This document shows positions 41,227 to 51,468 of a stretch of 64,000 bases of DNA, one piece after another. Under the pieces are notes generated by a model. It worked only from the letters and a program-made list of their open reading frames with translations. It ran no database searches and was not told where the DNA came from. Both the position numbers and the translations under genes were made by a program. The DNA comes from Candidatus Binatia bacterium. GTDB taxonomy: Bacteria > Desulfobacterota > Binatia > HRBIN30. The stretch spans positions 1-64,000 of the forward strand of contig JBBRSP010000024.1 of the NCBI GenBank assembly GCA_038245295.1. The letters run 5' to 3'. Position 1 is the first letter of the stretch. Every line of letters starts with the position of its first letter.

Positions 41227-42537
41227 GTGGTGCATCTCAAACTTCAGGGCGTGTGGCGAGGTACCGCATTCGGGCTGGCGTTGTTGCTCGCGTTGCTGGC
41301 GCATACCGCCTACGCGCGGACGACCAAACCGAAGGCGCATAAGCCCTCGAAAACTTCAAAAGCGAATCCCAAAGCGCCCAAGGTGTCGGTTTCCAAGCAT
41401 ATTGTTCAGGGCGGCCAGACCTTGACCAGTATTCTCTCGGACCATGGGTTGTCGCAACACGAGATCAACCAGTGGGACGATGCGATGCGCACTGCGGCCG
41501 GCAACTTTCAGCTCAGCCCCGGCCACGTCTTGAACTTGCGCGCCGACAACGCCGGCCATGTGCTCAGCCTGAGTTACGAAGTTGATGACCTGATGCGCGT
41601 GTTGGTTGAGAAGCGCGGCTCGCAGCTGCGTGGCCGCACCGAACCATTGCAGGCGCGGGTGAAAATGGTCGCCGCTGAGGGTACGGTCCAGAAGAGCTTC
41701 TTCCAGGCGGCGCGCCAGGCGAGTATTCCGGACCGCATTGTGTCGCAGATGGCCGACATTCTGGGTTGGGACTACGACTTCCGCCGCGTCCGTCCAGGCG
41801 ACCGCTTCCGCGTTCTGTACGAACGCCGCGTCAGTGCCGATGGGCGCCCACTGCCGCCGGGCAAGGTGCTGGCCGTGGAAATTCGCGGCGCGACACGCAC
41901 CGCGCAAGCCTTCTATTATGATGATGCCGGCGAGGCGATCTATGTCGACGAGACCGGGCGCACCGTGTCGCGTGGGTTCTTGCGTTATCCCGTCGAGTTC
42001 TCGCGCATCAGCTCGCACTTTGCCAAACACCGCTTTCATCCGATTCTGCAGGTCGGTCGTCCTCACAACGGCGTCGACTTCGCGGCACCGCAAGGAACGC
42101 CGGTGCGCGCGGCGGCGGACGGGGTTGTGACCATGGCCGGCCGCAACGGCGACTTCGGCAACCACATCGAGATCAAGCACGAGGATTCGTGGGTGACGAC
42201 GTATTCGCATCTGCACGACATCGTCACTACGGTGCAGGTTGGGCAACGGATTCATCAGGGCACGGTGATTGGCCATGTCGGCCAAACCGGTCTGGCGACC
42301 GGAGCGCATCTGCACTTCGCGCTCTTCAAGGGGAGCCAGTACCTGGATCCGCTGACCGCAACGGTCGACATCCATCGCAATGTCAAAGATGCGAAGCGAT
42401 TCGCATCCGTGAAGCAAGTTTTACTACGTCAGATTGCGATGCTGGTGCGGCCACCGGCACCACTCACGGTGGCACCGATTCAGTTGGCGAGCCTGGCACC
42501 ATCGCAGCAGCCAGGACCCATCACTCTGACCCAGTGA
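41227..42537 (+). CDS. M23-family peptidoglycan DD-endopeptidase (MepM/Csd3-like)
   Basis: RFHPIL...HNGVDFAAP.GTPV, YSHL, GQTGLATGAHLHF. Confidence 0.92.
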   Translation: MVHLKLQGVWRGTAFGLALLLALLAHTAYARTTKPKAHKPSKTSKANPKAPKVSVSKHIVQGGQTLTSILSDHGLSQHEINQWDDAMRTAAGNFQLSPGHVLNLRADNAGHVLSLSYEVDDLMRVLVEKRGSQLRGRTEPLQARVKMVAAEGTVQKSFFQAARQASIPDRIVSQMADILGWDYDFRRVRPGDRFRVLYERRVSADGRPLPPGKVLAVEIRGATRTAQAFYYDDAGEAIYVDETGRTVSRGFLRYPVEFSRISSHFAKHRFHPILQVGRPHNGVDFAAPQGTPVRAAADGVVTMAGRNGDFGNHIEIKHEDSWVTTYSHLHDIVTTVQVGQRIHQGTVIGHVGQTGLATGAHLHFALFKGSQYLDPLTATVDIHRNVKDAKRFASVKQVLLRQIAMLVRPPAPLTVAPIQLASLAPSQQPGPITLTQ

Positions 42538-42590
42538 AGGAAGAGAAGCGCTCTTAGCGCTCACTTCGGGACGGGAAAGACGGCCGCGCG

Positions 42591-42803
42591 TCAGGCGCGA
42601 CCGTCTTCGCTCAGATTCAGGTTGACCAACGCGAAAAACAGCTCGTCGATCGATTGGTAGCGAAAGCCGGCGGGAATCATCGGGTAGAGATCACCCGGGT
42701 CGACGCTGAAGCCCGAGCGCTCGTCGCCGTAGACTGGAAACACTTCCAATCCAACTTTGAGTAGCTGCGCGTGCTGTCCACGATCACCCACGTTTGCCGT
42801 CAT
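42591..42803 (-). CDS. Small hypothetical protein
   Basis: RBS-like GAAGGG and protein-like composition; no recognised family. Confidence 0.45.
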   Translation of the reverse strand: MTANVGDRGQHAQLLKVGLEVFPVYGDERSGFSVDPGDLYPMIPAGFRYQSIDELFFALVNLNLSEDGRA

Positions 42804-43023
42804 CGGGTTTCCCTTCATGTCTCAAGCGCCTCCGGCGCGCGCTATTTAAGAGCACGAGCCGTGCCAGTGTCTGATGGTTGGCGTGGTTGGGTCGATGCGC
42901 TGCATTCTACGGCATGGACAAGAAGAAGCCTGCCGAAATCTGACGCCGAGCGGTGAAATTGTGCAATGTCCGGACTGCGGCTGAGTGTCTCAGTGTGCCG
43001 CGGTTGCGTCTCACCGGCGCAGG

Positions 43024-43947
43024 CTACGCGGACAGTGATGGCAGTTTTGCGCGGCGTGGGGTGCCGTTGGGTTCGAGTGCAGTAGGCGCCAAAACCCCTG
43101 CAACAAAACTTCGGAATTCCCTGGCAAACGCATCCGGGTCTTCGAGAAACGCCGCGTGGCCGGCGTCGAAGAACCGCACGCTCATGTGCGGGAAGCGCTC
43201 GGCGCCTTGCCGGCTCTGCGACCAAGGGAGGATGCGGTCTTTCTTTGCCCAGGCAAACAGCGTCGGGCAACCCACCTGGGCTGCCAGCGAGCGAAGATCG
43301 CTACGCGAGTCGGCGAAGCTCGCCCAGGCTTGCGTCAGGATCGGAGCAACGTCGCGAGCTGCCGCGACGATTCTCTGGCGCTGTGGCCGTGCCGCCGCCT
43401 GTGGGAGGACCATTCGGTAGTACAGGTTGAAGGCGAAAGGATACCACGAGGTGCCACGGGCGCCGGCGGCGAAGAACGACTGCAGGCGACGGATCGCGAA
43501 GCGGGCAAACTTGTTGATGGGTGCCAAGCCGCCCGGGTTGCACAGCACCAGCGCTCGGACCAGATCCGGCCGTCGTGCCGCCAACTCGATTGCCGCGGCA
43601 CCGCCGATGGAGCAGCCAATCACGATGACCGGCTCCCCACCGAGCTGTGGCACGAACCGCTCGATCAACTCAGCGTAGCGCCAGGCACTCGCGGGTGCTG
43701 TTTCGCGCGGGCTCCTGCCTTGGCCCGGCCAATCAACGGCGATGACTTCGAAGGTATCGCCAACACGTTCGGCAAACGATTCGAAGTCGCGCCCACCGTG
43801 ACCAGTCGCATGCAAGCATACGACGCGAGGTCCGCGTCCGCGCCGCGCGATCGCGAGCTGCACCCCGTCGACGTTGTACCGTTCCACCGGATCCCAGACG
43901 CCGACCGCATCCAGGCGACTTCTGCTGTTGTCTGATGTGATAGACAT
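43024..43947 (-). CDS. Alpha/beta hydrolase
   Basis: CLHATGHG, DWPGQG, GCSIGG, AGHAAF; start uncertain; divergent from TetR. Confidence 0.85.
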   Translation of the reverse strand: MSITSDNSRSRLDAVGVWDPVERYNVDGVQLAIARRGRGPRVVCLHATGHGGRDFESFAERVGDTFEVIAVDWPGQGRSPRETAPASAWRYAELIERFVPQLGGEPVIVIGCSIGGAAAIELAARRPDLVRALVLCNPGGLAPINKFARFAIRRLQSFFAAGARGTSWYPFAFNLYYRMVLPQAAARPQRQRIVAAARDVAPILTQAWASFADSRSDLRSLAAQVGCPTLFAWAKKDRILPWSQSRQGAERFPHMSVRFFDAGHAAFLEDPDAFAREFRSFVAGVLAPTALEPNGTPRRAKLPSLSA

Positions 43948-43977
43948 ATCACTTTGGTTCCTATAGAGAGTCAAGGC

Positions 43978-44565
43978 ATGAGTCAAGCAGCAACGAAGAA
44001 GCGGGAGTCCGACGTGGGAAGGTCGGCGCGTCCGCGTGGCGCCGGCCGTGAAGCTTTGATCGTAGCGGCGCGCGCCGAGTTCGATGGTGTTGGGTTCGAC
44101 GGAACCGATACGAATCGTATCGCGCGGCGCGCCGGTTATGCGCCGCAGACGTTCTATCGGCACTTCGCCGACAAGACGGCGATTTTTCTGGCGGTCTACG
44201 ATCGCTGGCTCGAAGGCGAGATGCGTGATGCTGATCGTGCGGCACGGCGTGGACCGGTCGCCGCGGCGCGCGTCGTGTTGCAGCACCACGCCAAACATCG
44301 GGAGTTCCGTCGCAGTTTGCGCCACCTCACTATTCTGGATCCGCAGGTCCGCCGAGCCCGTGCCGCGAGTCGTCAACGTCAGATCGAGTTGCTCGGCGCG
44401 CATGCCTTCCGCGGCGTCGATGAGCAAGCGCGCGTTGCGCTGATTCTGTGCATCGAACGCATCGCGGATGCGGCTGCCGACGGTGAGCTGAAGGATCTTG
44501 GCCTGAGCGCCAAGGCGCAGGCGGAGTTACTGGCGCATGTGATGGCGAAGCTCGGGCGACCGTGA
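43978..44565 (+). CDS. TetR/AcrR-family transcriptional regulator
   Basis: GFDGTDTNRIARRAGYAPQTFYRHFADK helix-turn-helix. Confidence 0.92.
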   Translation: MSQAATKKRESDVGRSARPRGAGREALIVAARAEFDGVGFDGTDTNRIARRAGYAPQTFYRHFADKTAIFLAVYDRWLEGEMRDADRAARRGPVAAARVVLQHHAKHREFRRSLRHLTILDPQVRRARAASRQRQIELLGAHAFRGVDEQARVALILCIERIADAAADGELKDLGLSAKAQAELLAHVMAKLGRP

Positions 44566-44869
44566 TGGTGGCGCTCGGACGCCCTCGCCGTTCGGGGCTC
44601 TCGAACACGAGATGCGGGCCTTCTTCGAAAGACGTCGCGATCTACACCGGCGCGCCCGGCGCGCGGTAGATCGATTGACGATGCACGTGTGAGCTAAGCC
44701 CCCGGAAGCGCTCGGCGCGAAAAGGGCAGCCGTCTCAAAGAGGGCGCGCCCTCCGTAGCGCGCAGCGCGAAGGAGGGTATCCCAGCCTCGCTCGTCGTGG
44801 TACGACGCCGCGCCACGACGGGCGGGGGCCCTTTCCCCGCAGCCGTCGCGCAACAGGAGAGGGCACACG

Positions 44870-45781
44870 ATGATGAAACCAGCATTGAGCTTGGCCGCGA
44901 TGAGCGGCCGCCGTCAGGCAACCCTGGATCTGGCGCGCGACATCGAGCGCCGCGGCTTTCAGGGGATTTACTGCCCGAGCTTCGGCGACTGTGTCGGTCT
45001 GTGTGAGGCACTCGCCTTTGCCACGAACGAGATCCATTTCGGCACCGCGATCGCCAATATCTACATGCGTCATCCCAGCGATTATGCGCTGACGGTGACC
45101 ATGATCCACGAGCTGTCGAAGGGGCGTTTCCGTTTCGGCGTCGGCGTCAGTCATGCCCCGGTCAATTCGCGTCTGGGTTTCAAGACCGGCAAGCCGACCG
45201 AAGACATCCGTTCGTTCGTCGACCAGCTCAAACAAGGCGCTCAACGATGGGGTGACCTGCCGCCGATTACCCTGGCGACGTTGCGCAAGAAAATGGTGCA
45301 GCTGTCGGCCGAGATCGCCCAGGGCGCGGTATGGGCCAACGCGTCGCGCTCACATATGGGTAAGTCGCTCGCCTTCCTTGGCGACGCCGGCGCCAAAGCG
45401 AAGAAGGGCGAGTTCTTTGTCGGCAATATGATTCCGATCTGCATCGACGACGACCGCGCCGCGGCGGCGGCCGTAAACCGCAAGACGCTCGGCGGATACG
45501 TGATGCTGCCCAACTACCAGAACTACTGGATCGAAGCGGGCTACGAAGAAGAGATGCTGGCCATCCGCCAGGCCATCGCCGCCAAACAGTACGACAAGAT
45601 CCCGGGTTTGATGTCGGACAAGTGGCTGAGCGACTGCACACTGTACGGCAGCGTCGCCGAAGTCCGCGCCGGCCTCGAAGCCTGGTGCGACGCCGGCGTG
45701 AGTACGCCGATCCTCGTGCCGTCGTCGACCAAGGGCGGGCAGCTGAAGGCAATCGAGGAAGTGTTCGCCGCGTTCGATTGA
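44870..45781 (+). CDS. LLM-class flavin-dependent oxidoreductase
   Basis: FGTAIANIY.RHP, SKGRFRFGVGVSH. Confidence 0.88.
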   Translation: MMKPALSLAAMSGRRQATLDLARDIERRGFQGIYCPSFGDCVGLCEALAFATNEIHFGTAIANIYMRHPSDYALTVTMIHELSKGRFRFGVGVSHAPVNSRLGFKTGKPTEDIRSFVDQLKQGAQRWGDLPPITLATLRKKMVQLSAEIAQGAVWANASRSHMGKSLAFLGDAGAKAKKGEFFVGNMIPICIDDDRAAAAAVNRKTLGGYVMLPNYQNYWIEAGYEEEMLAIRQAIAAKQYDKIPGLMSDKWLSDCTLYGSVAEVRAGLEAWCDAGVSTPILVPSSTKGGQLKAIEEVFAAFD

Positions 45782-45838
45782 TGGCCGCATTGATCGACGG
45801 TCTTGACTCTCAACCCTCAACCCTCGACTCTCCGCGGC

Positions 45839-46654
45839 ATGCGCTTCGCCCTGCACATCGATCCACCGTTGGCGCAGATTCCTGCGCTCTTGAAGGAAGC
45901 GGGCGTCGACGCCTTCCAGACGACACTGCGCAACCCGCAGCGTTTTGGGAAGGATGGCGTTCCGGATGCGGCCGACCAGGCGGTATTCAAATCGACCCTC
46001 GGAGATCTCTGGGGTATCGTTCACGGCACGCTACTCATCAACCTCGCCAGCACCGATCCGAAGATTCGCAATGCGTCGTCGTCGGCGCTTCTGGGTGACG
46101 TAAAGCTGGCGGCGCAGCTCGGCCTTGCCGGCGTCTGCTTCCATGTCGGCTACGCCAAGGGACACACCAGCGTCGACGCTGCGCTGAAAGAAGTCGTGCG
46201 CAAACTCACCCAGGTGCTCGATGCGATGCCGGAAGGCGCCTGCGCTGTGATCGAGAACAGCTGCGAAGGCACGGAGCTTGGCAAAGAGATCTGGGAGATC
46301 GGCCGTATCGTGCGTGACATCGGCGCGCCGAAAGAACGTCTCGCCGTATTGATCGATACGTGTCACCTCCACGCCGCCGGATTCGATCTCGGCGTCGACG
46401 ACGCCGGTGATCGTCTGGCTGATGAGTTGGAGAAGGAGCAACTCCTCGATCGTCTCGTCGCCTTTCATTTCAACGACTGCCAGGGCGAAGTCGGCTGCAA
46501 ACGCGATCGCCACGCGGCTCCCGGCGAAGGTTCGATTCAGGAGGGTCTACATTCCGTGGCCAACCATCCTGCCTTTGCCACGCTGCCGCTGATTCTCGAG
46601 ATCGATCCTGAATCCGCCCGCCGCGGCATGACGTATATGATGGGAAGCCGGTGA
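45839..46654 (+). CDS. nfo: Endonuclease IV (AP endonuclease family 2)
   Basis: HG.LLINLAS, FHVG, IEN, IDTCHLHAAG, FHFND...DRH..PGEG.I, ILE. Confidence 0.85.
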   Translation: MRFALHIDPPLAQIPALLKEAGVDAFQTTLRNPQRFGKDGVPDAADQAVFKSTLGDLWGIVHGTLLINLASTDPKIRNASSSALLGDVKLAAQLGLAGVCFHVGYAKGHTSVDAALKEVVRKLTQVLDAMPEGACAVIENSCEGTELGKEIWEIGRIVRDIGAPKERLAVLIDTCHLHAAGFDLGVDDAGDRLADELEKEQLLDRLVAFHFNDCQGEVGCKRDRHAAPGEGSIQEGLHSVANHPAFATLPLILEIDPESARRGMTYMMGSR

Positions 46655-46655
46655 A

Positions 46656-46784
46656 CCATTTGGCCAACTAGCCATTTTGCCATTTGGTCATTTGATCTGT
46701 TGGGTGGAGCGGCGATGATCAATCGAACCAACAACCAGACGGCCAAATGACCAAATGGCCAAATGACCAAATGGCAAAATGAAA
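46656..46784. repeat. Inverted octamer repeat hairpin (CCATTTGG / CCAAATGG)
   Basis: Two opposed arrays of 8-mers between nfo and the GST gene. Confidence 0.75.
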
Positions 46785-46794
46785 AGGTGGCCCG

Positions 46795-47712
46795 ATGACT
46801 CTTATCCTGCACCACTACGATACGTCGCCGTTCAGTGAGAAGATCAAAACGATCCTGGCGTACAAGAATCTCGAATGGCGCGCCGTCGAGCAGCCGACCA
46901 TCATGCCGAAGCCGCTGTTGACGCCGCTAACCGGCGGCTATCGCCGCATTCCGGTGCTGCAGATCGGCGCCGACATCTACTGCGATTCGCAGCTGATCGT
47001 GCGCGTTCTGGAGCGCCTGCATCCGCAGCCGACGATTTATCCGGGTGACAGCGAAGGCACCTGCCACGTCTGGAACCTTTGGGTCGACCGGCTGATGTTC
47101 TTCCAGACGACATCGATCCTCTTCGCGCTGATCGGTGACAAGGTCCCCAAAGCGTTTATCGACGATCGCACCGCGATGATGCCGGGGCGTGCCAACTTCG
47201 CCGAGATCCCGAAATTGGCGCCACACTCGAAGGAGCAATGTCGGGCCATGGCGCAGCTCATCGCAGTGCAGCTGCAGAGCGGCCGTCCGTTTCTTCTCGG
47301 CGACGAGTTCAGCCTGGCCGATGCGGCGTGTTACCACCCGGTGTGGTTCCTGCGAAACTTTCCGCCGGCCGCCGTCGTCTTCGACGAGTTTCCAAAGTTG
47401 ATCGCCTGGTCGGAGCGCATCCGCGCCATGGGACACGGTCGCCGCAGCGACATGTCGCCCGAGGAGGCGCTGCGCATCGCCAAGGAGAGTGAGCCGTCTC
47501 GCCCCGGCACCGCGGATGCTGCCGAGCCGAATGGCTGGAAGCCGGGTGATCGCGTCACCGTCACCGCCGATGATTACGCCTTCGATGCGATCGACGGAAC
47601 AATTTCGTCGAGCTCGGTGCACGAGATCGCCGTCCGCCGCAACACTCCCGAGACCGGAGAGGTTGTGGTTCACTTCCCGCGCATTGGCTTCCGGGTTCAG
47701 ACGAACGCCTAG
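46795..47712 (+). CDS. Glutathione S-transferase family protein
   Basis: SPFSEK, TGGYRRIPVLQIGADIYCDS, SLADAA, VHFPRIGF. Confidence 0.92.
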   Translation: MTLILHHYDTSPFSEKIKTILAYKNLEWRAVEQPTIMPKPLLTPLTGGYRRIPVLQIGADIYCDSQLIVRVLERLHPQPTIYPGDSEGTCHVWNLWVDRLMFFQTTSILFALIGDKVPKAFIDDRTAMMPGRANFAEIPKLAPHSKEQCRAMAQLIAVQLQSGRPFLLGDEFSLADAACYHPVWFLRNFPPAAVVFDEFPKLIAWSERIRAMGHGRRSDMSPEEALRIAKESEPSRPGTADAAEPNGWKPGDRVTVTADDYAFDAIDGTISSSSVHEIAVRRNTPETGEVVVHFPRIGFRVQTNA

Positions 47713-48114
47713 TTCGGCTGGCGCGTCCATCACGCGAGCGCAGAAGACGATACACCACGACGCGGCGTTGCCCGCCTGGTATTGCTTATTACGTTCGAAT
47801 TGGTTGCGGCGCGCGAAGATTGAGCGACCTACACACCACCAGCCGCTCTTTGCCACGGATGGACACGGATGCACACAGATGCGGGCCCGTCGGGCCTGCG
47901 ATGCTGGCGATGTCTGTTTACAAGCCATCTGTGTTCATCCCATTCATCTGTGGCAACAGGCGTGCGTTGGGTTGCGGGCAAAGTGTCCTTCGGGTTGTGA
48001 GATCAACCGTGGCGGCTGACCCACGGGAACGCTCTCCCTATGCACCCTCGCATCTTTGCGCGAGGTCACTATTTTCTCGCTAGAACCGCCGCGCCGCAGG
48101 CGATATGGAGATGC

Positions 48115-49485
48115 GTGGTGAACGCTCCACGCTTGTGCCCCCTGGCGGCACTTTGGATTCTGCTGATCGCCTCTGTTGGTGCGGCCCAGCCGCAACCGAC
48201 TCCCAGCGCTACGCCACCGCTGATCGCCGACTGCTTCGTCTACTTTTCCAGCGATGTGCCGAAACCGATTCCGGACAACAGTAGCGTCGATTCGCATCTG
48301 ACGTTGCCGTCGATCGGCGCGCTCAGTGACATCAACGTTATCGCTCTGTTCGGGCAGCACCCGTTTGTGCAAGATCTCGAGTTCCACCTGATCAGTCCAC
48401 GCGGTACCGACGTCATCATCGTCAAACGCGGCTGCGCCGAATCGCGCGACTTCGATCTCTCGCTCGACGATCAAGCCGAGACCGGCATCCCGTGTCCACC
48501 GACCGACATGAGCCCACACCAACCGGATCAACCGCTATCGACTTTCGTCGGCCAGTCGTCGGGTGGGGTTTGGACGTTACGTATCTTCGATCGGGACCCA
48601 CATGATGCCGGCCTCGTCGAGTCATGGGGCCTGCAGGTCTGTGTCGCGGCTACGCCGCCACCAACCATCACCTCACCGACGTTGACGCCGACGCGCACGC
48701 CGACCAAGACCCGCACGAACACGCGTGGCCCAAGTCGCACGCCGACCAATTCGCCGACCCCAGCCTTTAGCCGCACCCGCACCTTCAGCGCGACGATCAC
48801 GATGACGCCGACGGCGACGCCGTCGCAGCGACCGTCGCCGACACCGACGCCATCTCCAACGATCTCCGGTACGATCACACTGACGCCGACGGTTACACCA
48901 ACCGCGACGGCGACGTGTGTCGCCTTTTCCTGCCCCGGTGACTGCAACTGCGACGGCGAGGTGACGGTCGACGAGATCCTGCGCGGCGTCATCATCGCCC
49001 TCGGCACCGGGCGCTACGACCGCTGCCCGGCGATGGATCGAAATGGCGACGGCGAAGTCACCATCGATGAGATCATCGCTGGTGTTGGTCACGCGCTTGG
49101 AAGCTGTGAAGCGTCAACGCCGGTTCCCACACCAGCAGCCACCCCAGCTGGCGACTTGGGCTTTGCCCGGGTGACGATTCATGTGTCCGATGTCTCGTCC
49201 CCTTCCGGAAGCCCAATCGGCGGAGCGACAGTGACCTTTTCGCGGCGTGCAGGCGGAGGCTTTCAACACGGCCCAAGAGCATACTCGGGATCAGCCAGCA
49301 GTGATCTGCGAGGAATTGCTCAGTTCGACATCTTTCTGCACGACACGGATGAAGTGACGTTTGGTGCTGCAGCCGTCGGCTTCCTGTCGGGCAAACTCGT
49401 CTTCGGTGGAAGCCTCGGTTTTGGAGGCAATGAAGTTTACAACTCGGATCGAAGCTTCGAAATCAAACTGCAGTCAGTCGGCTAG
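48115..49485 (+). CDS. Secreted protein with proprotein-convertase P-domain, Thr/Pro linker and dockerin-like repeat
   Basis: H.FVQDL...LISPRGT, GVWTLRI.D...G....WGL; CPGDCNCDGEVTVDEI...DRNGDGEVTIDEII. Confidence 0.8.
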   Translation: MVNAPRLCPLAALWILLIASVGAAQPQPTPSATPPLIADCFVYFSSDVPKPIPDNSSVDSHLTLPSIGALSDINVIALFGQHPFVQDLEFHLISPRGTDVIIVKRGCAESRDFDLSLDDQAETGIPCPPTDMSPHQPDQPLSTFVGQSSGGVWTLRIFDRDPHDAGLVESWGLQVCVAATPPPTITSPTLTPTRTPTKTRTNTRGPSRTPTNSPTPAFSRTRTFSATITMTPTATPSQRPSPTPTPSPTISGTITLTPTVTPTATATCVAFSCPGDCNCDGEVTVDEILRGVIIALGTGRYDRCPAMDRNGDGEVTIDEIIAGVGHALGSCEASTPVPTPAATPAGDLGFARVTIHVSDVSSPSGSPIGGATVTFSRRAGGGFQHGPRAYSGSASSDLRGIAQFDIFLHDTDEVTFGAAAVGFLSGKLVFGGSLGFGGNEVYNSDRSFEIKLQSVG

Positions 49486-49603
49486 ATCTCCGGTTGACCC
49501 GTTCCTTAGGACGGCACATTCATTCCATGGCGAAGCGTCTGCTTACGGCGAACAACCTTCTCAACGTGGTCGATCCGCGCTGAGCGAACCCTCACCCCGA
49601 CCC

Positions 49604-50011
49604 CAATGTCGTTAAGTTCGCGAGGGTGAGGGCCAAATGCTGAGCGTCGTCATACCGGCGGAGGCCCGCCAGCCCACCGAAGCCCTGCGAAGGTGGGGTA
49701 TCCAGTGATGGGACCGAAGCATAACGCGCAGATTCTATTCCATCACTGGGTCCCGGCCTCCGGGACTGTCGATCAACTGAAATGAAGCAACGTCATCCCG
49801 GCTTTTCGAGACTGTCGTAAAACCAAAGTGGAGCAACGTCATCCCTGTGAAAACTGGGATCTCCCCCTGCTGGAAGCCTCGGAAGCTGGCGAGATACCGG
49901 CTTTCGCCGGTATGACGGATAGGTCTGCTCGGTTTCAAATATGGTTTCCGAGTAAATCGACACACTCCTCCGCCGGGACGCCCCACTCCTCTTGCTAACT
50001 TTACGGCATTG
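49604..50011. mobile_element. IS4-like MITE, 408 bp, opposite orientation to the 31162 copy, with nested REP-loop MITE (49762-49967, CTCC duplication) and a 30-bp insert
   Basis: Ends CAATGTCGTTAAGTTCG / CTAACTTTACGGCATTG; flanks ACCCCGACCC (49594-49603) and ACCCTGACCC (50012-50021). Confidence 0.82.
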
Positions 50012-50107
50012 ACCCTGACCCTCTCCCGCGTGATGTGCGAGAGAGGGCAGCTTCGTCTTCAAATATGCAGATGGAGGAGATGGCCAAATGGCCAAATGGC
50101 CAGATGG

Positions 50108-51274
50108 TCAGATTCGCTCGATGATCGTCCCCGTCCCGAGTCCGCCACCGCAACACATCGCAATCAAGCCGTAACGCTGCCCGGTCCGCTCAAGTTCGTG
50201 TAGAGCGGAAGTGATCAATCGTGCCCCGGTGCAGCCCGTCGGATGTCCGAGCGCAATCGCTCCGCCGTTCGGGTTGACACGTTCCGGATTCGGTCCGCAT
50301 TCCTTCATCCACGTCAGCACCACCGAGGCGAAGGCTTCGTTCACTTCGAACGTGGCGATGTCGTCGATGCTGAGTCCGGTCTGCTTCAGCACCTTGCGGG
50401 TTGCCGGGACCGGACCCTTGAGCATGGTGACCGGATCAACGCCAACCAGGGTCGTGGCGAGGATGCGACCGCGAGCTTTGAGACCCAGTCGCTTGGCCGC
50501 TTCGGGTGAGGCGAGCAGGACAGCCGAGGCGCCGTCGGATACTTGCGATGACGTGCCGGCGGTGTGCAGGCCATCTGGTTCTACCGCTTGCAACGCGGCG
50601 AGCTTTTCCATCGATGTCGAGCGCAGACCTTCGTCCTTGCTGATCGTGCGCATCTCGCCGGTCGGGTTGCCGGCTTCATCGAGCACCGGCGATGCAATCG
50701 GCACGATCTCGCGCGTGTAGCGTCCCTCGGCCCAGGCTTGTGCCGCCAGGTTCTGGCTGCGCAGGCCAAAGCTGTCGGTGTCTTCACGCGTCAGCCCGTA
50801 CTCCTTGGCGATCAGCTCGGCGCCTTTGAACTGCGAGGCGAAGGCGTAGTGGTTGCGGTAACTCGGCGGCAAAGGCCGTGCCCCCTTGGCGGAGTTGGAG
50901 CCGAGCGGCACACGCGTCATCATCTCGATGCCGCAGGCCAGGACGACATCTTCGATTCCCGAGCCGATCAGCCCGGCTGCCAGAGTCGTGGCCTGCTGGC
51001 TCGAGCCGCATTGGCTATCGACGGTGGTCGAGGCGACTTCCATTGGTAAACCCTGCGCCAGCCACGCGGTGCGCGCGATGTTGAACGACTGCTCGTTGAC
51101 CTGCGACACACAGCCGCCGAGCACCTGGCCGACGCGCGCCGGATCAATTCCGGAACGCTCGACGGCGGCGCGTTGCACCTGCCCGAGCAACTCGGCGGGA
51201 TGGATCCCGGCGAAGCCACCTTTGCGTTTGCCGATCGCGCTGCGCACCGCCTCGACGATGAGTACTTCCTGCAT
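50108..51274 (-). CDS. Acetyl-CoA C-acyltransferase (thiolase; steroid 3-ketoacyl-CoA thiolase-like)
   Basis: QCGSSQQA, NEAFA, GGAIALGHP.G, CCGGG. Confidence 0.93.
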   Translation of the reverse strand: MQEVLIVEAVRSAIGKRKGGFAGIHPAELLGQVQRAAVERSGIDPARVGQVLGGCVSQVNEQSFNIARTAWLAQGLPMEVASTTVDSQCGSSQQATTLAAGLIGSGIEDVVLACGIEMMTRVPLGSNSAKGARPLPPSYRNHYAFASQFKGAELIAKEYGLTREDTDSFGLRSQNLAAQAWAEGRYTREIVPIASPVLDEAGNPTGEMRTISKDEGLRSTSMEKLAALQAVEPDGLHTAGTSSQVSDGASAVLLASPEAAKRLGLKARGRILATTLVGVDPVTMLKGPVPATRKVLKQTGLSIDDIATFEVNEAFASVVLTWMKECGPNPERVNPNGGAIALGHPTGCTGARLITSALHELERTGQRYGLIAMCCGGGLGTGTIIERI

Positions 51275-51285
51275 GATGTCCTCCT

Positions 51286-51456
51286 GGCGCCTTCGGCGCA
51301 GGCTTGGACATAGGCTGAGGCTTAGGCTTAGGGAAGACCGCGGGGCGCACCGCTTCGCGAACCGCCCCTACAATGTTGGTTTCACCGAGGCGTTGCTTCC
51401 CCGACTTGCCCTAAGCCTCAGCCCAAGCCTATGCCTATGCCTGCGCCGAAGGCGCC
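51286..51456. repeat. Inverted hexamer-repeat hairpin with an internal GTAG-type REP
   Basis: GGCGCCTTCGGCGCAGGC...AGGCTTAGGCTTAGGG versus CCCTAAGCCTCAGCC...GCCTGCGCCGAAGGCGCC. Confidence 0.75.
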
Positions 51457-51468
51457 CAAGGAGATTCA

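Noticed and set aside
43929..43946. TGTCT-N8-AGACA as the TetR operator
   Set aside because: The position is plausible, but a 5-bp arm in a single instance is too weak to call.
43948..44427. Long N-terminal extension of the 43024 hydrolase
   Set aside because: It lies antisense to a clear TetR gene.
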